Source of the DNA: Phyllobates terribilis
Lineage: Eukaryota
NCBI RefSeq assembly: GCF_046119375.1
Contig: NW_027362773.1
Span: 130,758,001-130,822,000 of the forward strand
Length of the DNA stretch: 64,000 nt
Reading direction: 5' to 3'
The stretch's first letter is position 1. Every line of letters starts with the position of its first letter. This document shows, piece by piece, positions 35,997 to 47,293 of this stretch. Under the pieces are notes generated by a model, which saw nothing but the letters and a program-made list of their open reading frames with translations, was not told the origin of the DNA and made no database searches. The position numbers were made by a program, and so were the translations under genes.

Positions 35997-38918
35997 TATA
36001 TAAGTATGTTTTAGATATAACACTATATATATTATGTATAAAATTGTCCAAGATGTTACTTTCAAAGTCCTATACTTGTGATATACGGTATTTTGGCACA
36101 GAGTTGTCGTTAGGTGTGTGATTGGAGACTCTGTATCTATCCTGACAGGTGATGGACCCCATTGACTAAGAGGTTATTCAGACTTCAGTTTTTCACGGAT
36201 AGCACTCGTACCTATGATATAGTCTATTGGGTTGATCATATGTCCGATTTTATGCTTTCACCGATTGGTCTGCACGAAAGCACAAGTGTTGGATCAAACT
36301 CACCAATGTAACTCTATGGATCCGTAAAAATAATCGGACAGCACTCTGATGCCATCCGACTGCTGTCTGTTGATAGGAGAAGCTTAAGAAACCTCAATCA
36401 GTTTTTTGTATAAGACAAAAGTTGACCAAACTCTGATGGTAAAATCTGACGCACCGATCAAGCTCTGATGACGGTCTGATCAAAAACACTGATGAAACTC
36501 GGACAATTTTTTGCATGCAAGAAAAATCACTGATGTATGAAGAAGCCATAAAGTTCACAATCCCATTTGCAAATACCATTATTGTGTCTCATGTAGAGGA
36601 ACAGACAAATGGAATTCATGTGGAAATGGAAGCCTAGGGGCCACATTGATTATTATGTGTCCGTCTGGGTCTCTTTATGTGTCAGTTTTTGGAACGAAAT
36701 AAAAAGCCCATCAAGTAACAGAACCCAGACGGACAACACAATGATCAATAGAGTCCTTCTGCTTCTGTTTCCATCAGTAAAGCAACAGATCCGTTCTGTA
36801 CATGTTTTCTGTATGTCTGTTCCCTATGGGTACGCTCACACTTGCTTATAAAAAATGGGTCCCATTCTCATCCAGGAGAGTGGGGTGATTTTTTCTCACT
36901 TGTTATCCGTGTGCTGTCTATGTGCGATCCGTTTTTTTACCTAGCAGCTATAAATCTTTTACAGGACCCTTTACAGGTTCCTACGAGACAGAACTGTAAA
37001 GGATCCGTAAAAATCCGATGCTGTACTGATGGTCCACACGGCATGCGTTTTTTTTTCTCGCACTATCCAATTTCAGAGTGAAATCGCAGAATGCCGAATA
37101 CCGCTGAGAAAAAATACACAGATCTGCACCGCCTCATTATAACATAGGTCCGAGTACAATCCAATTTTTTATACGCAAGTGTGAGTGAGTCCTAAAACAC
37201 AGCCAACAGATTGTGCAAACGGAAATGTCATTAATGACAGTGTGAACACAGCCTTATTTTTCCAGACAGTTCTGATTCTTATAAATCATAAAATGCAAAA
37301 ACTGTTCATGGTCCAATTATCCAAACCTGATCTTGCTATGGCTTTTATATATGTAAAGTCGCTCATAAAGGCATACTGACATAACGAGGGGAGACTGGCG
37401 ATATAGTAAGCGGATCTTAGCACGTTTTAAGGCCTGTTTACGTACAGTAATGCAAACTGTATAATAAAAAAAGATTATTAATATGACAGAGGTTGGAAAT
37501 TATCGGCAGCACATTCCCTGTTTACATGAAGAAATGCTGCAGACAATTATTTTTTAGGGTGCATAAAAGAGGCTATTGCTCGATCGCTGACTGATTGCTG
37601 CAATCTTACACTAGCTCATGATTGGGATTGAGCGCTTGTGCAGCCAATTTACTGATACAAACGGTCTTTGGTTACATTAATGGGTAATGGCGTATTCAAT
37701 ATCATAAAAACTAGAACTAAATAATAGTGCAAATATGTGCTAGGATGTAAGGTGAGAAAATAGGTTTCATGAGTGACAATTTCAGGGACTAAAACTGCGG
37801 AGGGGAAAGGCCATTTACTTGTAGATGTTGATCAGGCAGCACAATAGTTTTCTATGGATATAATCCTCTTATCCTGTCTATAAAGACCACAATATGGAGC
37901 CATCTTAATAAACAACCCTTCTTCCACCATGCTCAGCCTTTGGGGTGCAGATTTTCCCACAATACACGGTAAGGAGTGAGCATGACCGTACATGTTCTTG
38001 CGATTTGCACTACTTATAGCTGACGACAAAACCCCTTCTACATATCATTGCAATATATGAAGATACATGACTGGAGGTGCTAATACAGATGGAAACAGAG
38101 TGAAGTGCAGCAATAGCTCCAGTACTCACAAAGTGAAGCTGTGACTCACTGAAGGCGTCCTTTGTTCTTCATTGAAGCCGCCTCACATGCAGCATGCAGA
38201 GTAGCAGGGTTCACATATTCTTCTGCAACGGTTAAGGGTTAAATGAACCATGTTGCACACATTTGGTGATCTGTGTGATTCAGTGGAGTCACTTTTTTTA
38301 AACTTCCTGGTTACATGAGGGTTGGGTGACGAAATATGGGCAGGAGCACAAGGGCTGCCTCTGCTCACCCTCCTTCTCTTCCCTATTCAGATCCCAGGAC
38401 CACATGTGATCAGGCTGACACACTCAGGCTTTGTTCACATGTCCGTTTGGGATCTGTGTGTAACAAATCCAAATATAGGAAAGGGAAAAAAAAGAGAGTT
38501 TCCGCTTTTAAATGTCTCCATTGGAAATACCCATTTAAATACACAAACTTTGTTATCCCATTGTTATCCGTTTGGATCCTTTTTTATATAATTTTTTTTG
38601 TTCTAGTTTTCTGGGCTTAAAAACTGATCCATTAACCAGAAAATATAACTGATACCCATCTTTTATAATCCGTTTCCTATTTTGAAAACCCACAAAAAAA
38701 AAGATTTATTAAGACCAGCGTTGTACACGGCAGTCTTAATGAGGAAGCATGAAGGAATAAGATGCGCCCCAATGAATCGCATGCCACTTAATGACTTATA
38801 TATACACATAATAAAGTGCTGTGATCCTCCGTCAGAGATGTTCTCCAGCCAGAGACTAGAGCACATTTCTGGCAAATTTTACACCACTAAACTGACATAA
38901 ATTTTCATGAATTAGACA

Positions 38919-39107
38919 GGTCAGTATTCGGTCAGTATTTTTTCTCAGGAGTGGGAGACAAAACCAGGAGTGGGTGATAAATGCAGAATTGGTGACTTGT
39001 TTCTATTATACCTTTTCTCTGATTGTTCCTCACCTGGTTTTGGCTCCCACTCCTGAGAAAAAATACTGACCGAATACTGACCAAATACTGACAGCGGGGC
39101 CGTGGCC
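38919..39107. mobile_element. Small Harbinger-like MITE, left end truncated
   Basis: Nearly identical to 40408-40610; related copies at about 27180-27345 and 42390-42563. Confidence 0.75.
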
Positions 39108-40407
39108 TTAGCCACACTCCTCCTTCCTATGCTCCTCCACTTTTTCCAAAGCTGGCCTGGAGTGGCGTGAAAACATCAAATGTCAACAAATTTTTGTGCA
39201 AATGTTTTGCAAATTTTACAGGTGTTGTAAGAAAAAATTTGTACATAGACACTGTAATAAATCAAGCCAAAAGTGTTTTTGTGTTATCCATTCATAGACA
39301 GAAAAAAATGTGCAGATCACTTTTTTTGTCCAAAAACTGGATGCTTAACTAAAAGCTTGAAGTAACACAAAAGGAGCTATCAAACAAGCAGGAGGAGGCG
39401 GCGCTGGGTGGGGAATAGAGCTGGAGTGACGGAGGCCTCAGATCTACCATAGTCCTTCACCCTCATTTGCATATTGATTAAAACACTGATTTCTCAGTAA
39501 CGGAGGAACGGGTTGACCATGTAAAGGTATTGCTGGACTGATCTTTGAAAGAGCTACATGTGCATATAAATAATTGGGGAGCAAAAGCCTGCTGACACAT
39601 TCCCTTTAAGCATGCCAAGCATAGCCATACAGTTTGTAGCATACGTCTGTAAATAAATAAATGTATCCAGATACATAATGCACAGTATCAATAGTCTTCT
39701 ATGTGGCAGATATACTGTATGTCAAAAGGTGTAGGCAGAATAATCATGACTGAATGATAAAGATGACGAATGTCTATAAGTCAGACACTAATATGAAAAA
39801 ATCATCAGTATTTTCTGTAATCTGTAACATGATAATTACCAATAACCTGCACACACATCCCCGCTTCAGAAATATCACGGATTCATCTATTTTGTATTAG
39901 ATACCTGAGCTCGCCTGTTTTGTGGACTCTTTGTGAATTTATGCATAGCCGCTTTAAAATATTGTTTGTAGACATAAGAAGTACGGCTTCATTCCCACGT
40001 CAGTGATTATCATCCCTGTGTGGCTAGTTATTTCACAGACGGCACACTGACACATTATATTCTATGGGGCTTGGCACAAAGGGTCAGACATAGGTTCAAT
40101 GTGTGCAGCAGCACAGGGGCCCAAGAGGTGAGGGGGACACTACATCCAGAGCAGCAAGCGGCCCATATTCTTTTCTTGGACAGCGACCCTATTCTGTTTG
40201 TGTCCGCCTTGATTTCATATTTTTTGGCTGACCAATAGTCTGCATAAAGAAAATGGAGACATTAAAGTCAAACACTCAAAGTCCCAAATTACTATTAAGC
40301 TAGGGTCACACGACCGAGAGAATCTGGCCGATTATGCTAATGACACTCTGATCAGAGTTTGATCAGTTTGATCAGTCTGATCAGATTTTCTCGGGTGAGA
40401 AGAGCAA

Positions 40408-40610
40408 GGCCACGGCCCCACTATCAGTATTCGGTCAGTATTTTTTCTCAGGAGTGGGAGCCAAAACCAGGAGTGGGTGATAAATGCAGAATTGGTGACT
40501 TGTTTCTATTATACCTTTTCTCTGATTGTTCCTCACCTAGTTTTGGCTCCCACTCATGAGAAAAAATACTGACCGAATACTGACCAAATACTGATAGTGG
40601 GGCCGTGGCC
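40408..40610. mobile_element. Small Harbinger-like MITE, complete
   Basis: TIRs GGCCACGGCCCCACTATCAGTATT / AATACTGATAGTGGGGCCGTGGCC. Confidence 0.8.
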
Positions 40611-43439
40611 TAAAAAAATCTCTATCTTCTCCATTCTGTTCATCCGTGAAAATCGAACCAACATTTTTTCCATAGACATGAATGGCCGAGTGCGATCCGC
40701 TAATCGGATGTAATTCGTTCTTCGGACTGACTCGGTCCAAGGAAAAAAATCAGACATGTGCGTGGCCCCATAGAATAACATGGGGATGAGTGTGATTCAT
40801 CAAAACGACGAATAGCACTCATCCAGTTTTACGGTCCTCTGCACGAGCCCTAGTTGCTCATTGCAGGTTAATCCTTTTAAAGGGAATTTGTCAGGTGCCC
40901 AGCTCTGCTTGATTGACAGGTCTCTTCCTATGTGAGTATAGAAAGGGTGGTCGAACCCGCTGAGGAAGGTGTCCTGACTCTCCTCAGACAGATAATGTCA
41001 GGAAAAAGTAGGATAGGCAAGATGACTTTCAGAATGCCCAATTCTTTATTTCTCACTGGAGACAAACCAAGGAGGTATGGAGATATGGGGGTCAGGATAT
41101 ATAGCTCTTCACTAAAATGAATTGCCACCTTTGGCTCTAGATTGATTGGTCACTAGCCTGGGTCCTCCTGACCGGGGGATTTAACAGAGTGATTCTCTAA
41201 CACTTTTACTTAGCTTTGGTATTATTAAATCAGAGGCAGATAAAATCCCTATAGATTGCAATCATGGTAACAAGTAAATTACACAGATCCCAGGACATTA
41301 CATTAATTACGTGTGTGACAGTCTAAGCATGTATGTCTGCCTTTCCCATTCTTTAGCACTAAACATGGACCCCAGTATATTATTCATTATGTAAACATTT
41401 ACAAATCATCACTCTGAGAGGGAAGTCAATGTTTCTTATACCGGAAATAATTGGAAATACATTACTTTTCTGCCGACTGGTGATTAAATGAAGAAATAAA
41501 AAAAGAAAGAGGAAGGCAAATGAATGCTTAATTATTCACCCTCAGTATTGTGACACACCTGGATCTTACTAGAACAGCAGATTCCTATTATAAGACATAA
41601 AGGAGCAAATGTCGTAAGCTAGAGGAGACATAATTGTGGAGAATATATCAGAGAGCATTCATTTTAGTTTAAAATGAATTTTAGTTTAGTTTTTCTACCT
41701 CCAGTGCTTATAATAAATGAACAGGGGAGTTACCAGTGTGAGACATGTAGATCAGGAGAGCAGACTGTCAGTCATTACATGTCTCACACTGGTAACACCT
41801 CCTTTCATTTATAATGAGCCCTGGAGGCAGATTATCATGGAGATCTTTGTCCGGCCCAGAGATCTTAACAGCTCATTTACATATTAAGAAAAATGTGGAT
41901 TTCTCTGGAATAAAACATCAGATCACAGATATAAAGGTATCATTTTATTCATCTTCCTATGACCTACATGCCCATATAGATGGATTGATACAACTGACAG
42001 CTTCCCTTTAAATTCTAAATATCCTATTTATTCCTTCTGACATTATCTTCAGGGGCTAGTCAGGAGATTTCTTTAACCATTGAACCAACTTTGGCCGGAT
42101 TGATTGACTTGTACCTAATTTGTATGGAAGCCGTAATTCTGTGTTGAAATTAGGCATGGATAGTAAATCTACCTACATATTTAGTCAAACTAAGCCATCA
42201 GTGCAGTCCTTACCTGTAAATATGTATGTGACATAGTGTGATTTTGTCACTAAAAGACAAAAACATGTTAAGGCCTCATACAGACATGCAAAAATAAAAA
42301 AGGTCCAAGTTTCATCAGTGTTTTAGATTATATTTTCATCACTGTTTGATCCGTGTGTCAGTTTTTACCATCAGTATTTTTCTCATAACACCACGTTCAC
42401 ACGTTCACTATGTGGTCAGTATTTTACATCAGTAATTATAAGCCAAAATCAGGAGTGGGTGATAAATACAGAAGTGGTGACGTGTTTCTATTATACTTTT
42501 CCTCTGATTACTCCACTCCTGGTTTTGTCTTACAAATACTGATGTAAAATACTGAACGTGTGAATACAAATCCTTTTCTATCCATTATAATATTAATCAC
42601 AGACAGCACACGGCTTGTGCACTGATGCCATCTGTATAAGTGATTTCCCGGACCTATATGCAATGGCGAACTTGAAGCTTGTGGGTCTGAATGCAAAAGC
42701 TCCAATGTGGCCCGTAATTATTACAAGTCTTTAATCGTAATGGTCTTTTCATATGGGCCAAAGGCACCTTCTGGGCCCCTTTGTTTCAGGGATTGGGAGT
42801 GACTGCAACCCCTACACCTATTATTACACCCCTGCTTGTATAGGTGATTTTGATCCATGACTCTGATCAAAAACTGATCTTTTTTTTTGTGGACATGTCT
42901 TAACTAATGGGTAAGTAAAGGTTCAGTCTACCTGCTTCAGTTTTTAAAAACAGATGCAACCTGGGCGCAAAACGGATGAGAATGAGAGAAAAAAGGGGCG
43001 TTTTACAAGGATCGAAAAATGGAAACGGAAGAAGCCCAAAGACCTTCTTAAAGTGGAAATACCTCCAGCTATTGCCAACATCTCCACTGCTGCGACGGTC
43101 ACCTCTGACCCCAATTCTCCCCTTCTTAAAGGCAAAGTAGTCGCAAGCAGGTGAACTACACTTTGTGCACTTTCAACATATTTTTTTGCAGACTTTCAAT
43201 GCAAACGGAAGGATGAGAGCGTCTCTCCCTGGAAGTCAATGGAAGATACAGAACCGACCAAACAAGAGCATGGGGCCATTTTAAGTTTAGACTGAACACC
43301 AAAAAAAAGTTCTGCTTTTACAAATTTTGTGAGAATCCCTCCCACCTCCTCAGGTGACCCCACAAAGTTATAGAAAGGAATAGCAGCCAACTGCTCTGCT
43401 ACTCGTGGTATAGTCTTATGGGGAAGGCAATGAATATCA

Positions 43440-43610
43440 TAGCGTGGACAGACACTAGCCTGAGGAGCGCTGCACTCCTACCCTGCACTGCGCCTGCGCC
43501 TCACTTTGAGTGTAGCAAGATGGCGCCGTGTCCCATAATGCATTTCTCCCCAGCCGCGGCCGGATGTTCCTGTGTATAGCCCCGCCCCGTCAGCGGCCTT
43601 TTCCCTCCCG
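43440..43610. promoter_or_regulatory. CpG-rich bidirectional promoter, RPLP2 (+) / PIDD1 (-)
   Basis: NRF1-like GCGCCTGCGC 43490-43499, YY1 CAAGATGGCG 43516-43525, ETS-like CCGGATGT 43560-43567, GC box CCCCGCCC 43580-43587, TCT initiator CCTTTTC 43597-43603; minus-strand donor AAA|GTGAGG at 43504. Confidence 0.75.
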
Positions 43611-43679
43611 GCCTCCACAGAGGAAGCACGCGCGGAGCTCTCTCCTCTCCTGCCCGAGTGCTGAACGGTGAACTGTGAA
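43598..43679 (+). other. RPLP2: RPLP2 non-coding exon 1 with 5'TOP
   Basis: Starts CTTTTCCCTCCC; GAGGAAGCACGCGCGGAGCTCTCTCC resembles the recalled human RPLP2 5' UTR; donor GTAAGT at 43680 (alternative GT at 43668). Confidence 0.75.
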
Positions 43680-44203
43680 GTAAGTGCCGGTTGGTAATGG
43701 CGGGCACAGGTGTTAGAGAGGGGGAGGAGCTCGGTACTGACCCTACTTCTCCCTCCATGTGACTGACACATGGGTGTAGCAGCAGCAGAGACCCGGACAG
43801 CACACTCCTCTCTGCTGCATGTGCACAGCAGTGTGGGAGCACCGATCAATGCAGGAGGGGGGCACTTATTAACCGCCTTGCAGTATGGGTCATTTTCAGT
43901 CTGAGGTGACCCATCCGGTACTATGGCAGTGCTTGTGTATTCTGTGGGGGTCCCGTCCTGAGGAGAGGATGACTAATGCTCCCCAAGTGCCCCCCTCTCT
44001 TGTATGGAGCGAGGACAGTGGCTGCCCACCCTAGTAAGATTGCGAAGCTCAACTGAATGCAAGAGTATGACCCCCAGAGGATATCCCCACACACATCCTC
44101 TGCTAGATGATGGGACTGCTGCAAAATATCTGCTGTTACACAGTCGGCACCTGAATCTAACAGCAGGGATTAGAGGAGCTCCAATCACTTTTTAATAACT
44201 TAA

Positions 44204-44538
44204 AGGGGGAGTCCAACCTTGGGCTACAAGTCTGCTGATTTGTGAATCTTTACTACATGCACACTGTCAGGATTCTTTGGTGCCATTAGCGGGGCACGTG
44301 ACCGCAAGTATGTGATTTGCATACTCCTGACCACATTCAGACTAGACTTGCACAATTCAAGCCTGGTAAGCAAGGTCAGACACTTCTAGTTGGATTGTGG
44401 CTGGGAGTATGTATATCGCATAGGTGTGCTCACATGACCTACTGACAGAGAATCCGTGCAGTTGGTGTGATGTAATGGTTCACAAGTCTGCAGTCACATG
44501 GTGACTGCAGACTTGTGGTCTAAGGCCGAACAACCCCT
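44204..44538. mobile_element. T2/Kolobok-type palindromic MITE
   Basis: TTAA|AGGGG ... CCCCT|TTAA with internal inverted arms. Confidence 0.8.
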
Positions 44539-45207
44539 TTAAATGCCATTGGCAATCTCATAGCGCCATTCATTTGGACACCCATCAGTCCTCTGCGATG
44601 CGATTGCAGGGTGCTGAGTTACCATGGCAGCCGGTGGCCCACTGAAAGCTACCAGTCGCCTCCCTCCTGGTAAGTCCAGCCACAGGGTCAGCTTCGTGTG
44701 CGGCAGTGATTTGCATCCTTCACTATAAGCAATCATACAACCACAGGTTCAAGTCCGCTACTGGAGTGAAAAAAATAAAGTTTTGAAAAATGTATAAATA
44801 GGAAAAAAAATTCTCAAATCACCTCTTAGCCCACGAACATTTCCCCAGCTAAATAAATGTAAGTGTATTCAGCCATGCCCCAAGTCCGATCTATGAAAAT
44901 AATTAAACTCCTATGGTAAAATAAAAAATGCTATAACTTATTTGGTTGCTGCATATCACCAAAAAATACAATCAAAGTTATTAAAAATGTCAGTTTGGTG
45001 TGCAAAAAAAAATCCCTCATACCACTCCATTTACAGAAATAAGAAAGTTACAGGTCTGAGAAAATGCCAACATAAATGTGTTTATTTTTTAATATGTGAA
45101 TTTCTGAATTTAATTTTCCTCTTAAAGCTCCATTCAAGCATTTTTATTTTCTTTTTATTCCAAGCTGGAATGGTGCCACTAATGTAAGGCCCCTGCACTT
45201 AGTCTAA

Positions 45208-45941
45208 GGCTGTGTGCCCACTATGCGTTTTTTAAGCGTTTCCGCAGTGGCAATTCCACTGCAGAAACGCTTAAAAACCGCTTGGTAGAAAGTCTGCCAT
45301 GTTCCCCTATTATCATTGCGGAAAAATCCGCAGCACTACCATTTATTTTGCGTAATCGCAGCGTTTTCGCAGCCATTGACTTACATTGAATCGCTTAATA
45401 TCCGCATGACTACATGTGCACATGGGGATATTAAAGCGATTCAATGTGCGGATGGTACCCGGGTCTGAAGAAGAGGAGACTCCTCTGGACCTGTAAAAAA
45501 AAACAAAAAAAAAAACCTTATACTCTCCTTCTGATGGCCCCCGGTGTGTTGGGCGTCTTGTGATGGTCTAATAGGACCTTCCATGACGTCATTTGACAGG
45601 TCACCGCGAGCCTCCCAACGCACTGGAGGAGACCGGGGGCCATCAGAAAGTGAGTATAATTTTTATTTTTTTACCTTTCTTTTACTATAACTTGGTCACA
45701 CTATATAAATCCATGCCGTTTGCATGGATTTATATAGTGTGACCAAGTTGTCAAGCACTTTCCAAGTGATGCTGAAAGCGCTTGACAACCCGCATGCGGA
45801 AGTGCATGTGAAGAACTCTTCACATCCGCTTGTCCCTGGCAGGAATAACGCATGTACAATCCGCATGCGTTTTTTCTGCCAGGGAGATGCAGAAACGCTC
45901 AGGAAAAATCCGGAGCATTTCTGCATCGTGGGCCCATAGCC
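45208..45941. mobile_element. Harbinger-type MITE
   Basis: GGCTGTGTGCCCACTATGC / GCATCGTGGGCCCATAGCC termini with TAA/TTA flanks. Confidence 0.75.
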
Positions 45942-46517
45942 TTATACTAACCAGCCGCCGTCTTCTGCTGTTGTATGCGCCACTCCGGTCGTTCTCCAGC
46001 ACCTTGTCACCTGCCGGATCACTGCAGTGTTTGCTGGAGGGCACTTTTCACTGCAATCTGAGAGCCTCCTCCCCGCTCTCTGGACTTGCATTGAGAGCTT
46101 GTGACTGTTACCTCTGAGTTGCAGGTTTTTTTTTCACCCTTTTTATGTAACACACCACTCCAGCGTTTTGTTTTTTTTTTACTTGCAGCACTGTAGCGGT
46201 GCTGTACATAAGAAAGGTAAAAAACCTGCAAGTTTTGTTTTTGTTGTAGTCCTGCTGATAGGACTAAACATGTTACTAGTCATTTTTACAGCACCCCATA
46301 AGAGTAAAATCCAAAAAAAAAAAACAATTATTGAATTGCATTTTTTTTCACTATGTCACCGCTCTTGGAATTTTTTTTCTGGTAGGTTATAGTGTAAAGT
46401 GAATGTTGTCCTGCAAAATGCAAGTTGTCGACGGAAATATAAAATAGATGTGGCTCCTAAGACGAAAGGAGAAAAAAAAAAAGAAAGTGTTAAGACGATA
46501 ATTGACCTCAGCGGGAA

Positions 46518-46740
46518 GGGGCAGCAGGGTGACTCAGTGGTTAGCACTGTTACTTTGCAGCGCTGGGGTCCTGGGTTCAAATCCCACCACGGACAACATC
46601 TGCAACATCTCCCCGTGTTTGCGTGGGTTTCCTCTGGGTTCATACTAATGGGGAATCTAAATTGTGAGCACCAATGGGGAGAGTGATAATGTCTGTAAAA
46701 CGCTGTGGAATGGATGGCGCAATATAAGTGAGTAAAAAAA
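46518..46740 (+). mobile_element. tRNA-derived V-SINE
   Basis: Box A TGACTCAGTGG, box B GGTTCAAATCC, V-domain-like CTCCCCGTGTTTGCGTGGGTTTCCTC, LINE-like tail and A-rich end. Confidence 0.82.
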
Positions 46741-47170
46741 GATTACATCTAAATGCCTCCTTTTAAAAATGTGGGAAAAGGCAGTGACTCAATTCTTATG
46801 GGTGGTGACTCTTAAGTGCTGAAAGGTGTGTATCTCCTTCCGCTGCACTCCTAGGTGCCGTCACTAGGTGTCCCCATTCTCAGCCTGTATACAGGTATGT
46901 TAGAGAGGATTTCCGTTCTGAGCAGGCAAGTCATTGCCCAATAGCAGGAGGACAAGGCACAACCACTATACTGCGTATGGAACTGTGTACGAGACCACCA
47001 CGTGCCGAAGCTGCTGCAGCCCCTTCAATTAGCTGATTATGGTGGTCTTGTGGGTCTGATTACCTATTTGAGTTATACGAAGGATAATCCTTAATAAACG
47101 CCTAGATATAGATTAGGGACAGGCTGTAACTTCTTTTTTTTTTATAGTTTTCCATCTTCTGTTAAACAGT

Positions 47171-47293
47171 ATGCGTTACGTAGCATCATATCTTTTGGCC
47201 TTGCTCGGCGGCAATGACAACCCTTCCATCGGTGACATAAAGAAGATCCTGGAAAGTGTGGGCATTGAATTGGACAAGGAGCGTGCTGATAAG
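47171..47293 (+). CDS. RPLP2: RPLP2 exon 2 (exon starts at 47170)
   Basis: MRYVASYLLALLGGNDNPSIGDIKKILESVGIELDKERADK. Confidence 0.96.

Noticed and set aside
40930-41180. Possible decayed LINE ORF2 C-terminal fragment (PISPYLLGL)
   Set aside because: Too short and degenerate to support without a profile search.
42891-42900. Perfect p53 half-site GGACATGTCT ~600 bp inside PIDD1 intron 1
   Set aside because: No partner half-site adjacent; a single decamer is common by chance.
43478-43849. ORFs of 113-123 aa over the promoter
   Set aside because: Expected stop-poor frames in a GC-rich island.
46518-46600. tRNA-like A and B boxes
   Set aside because: No complete cloverleaf, and it is followed by a V-domain and LINE-like tail, so it is a SINE.
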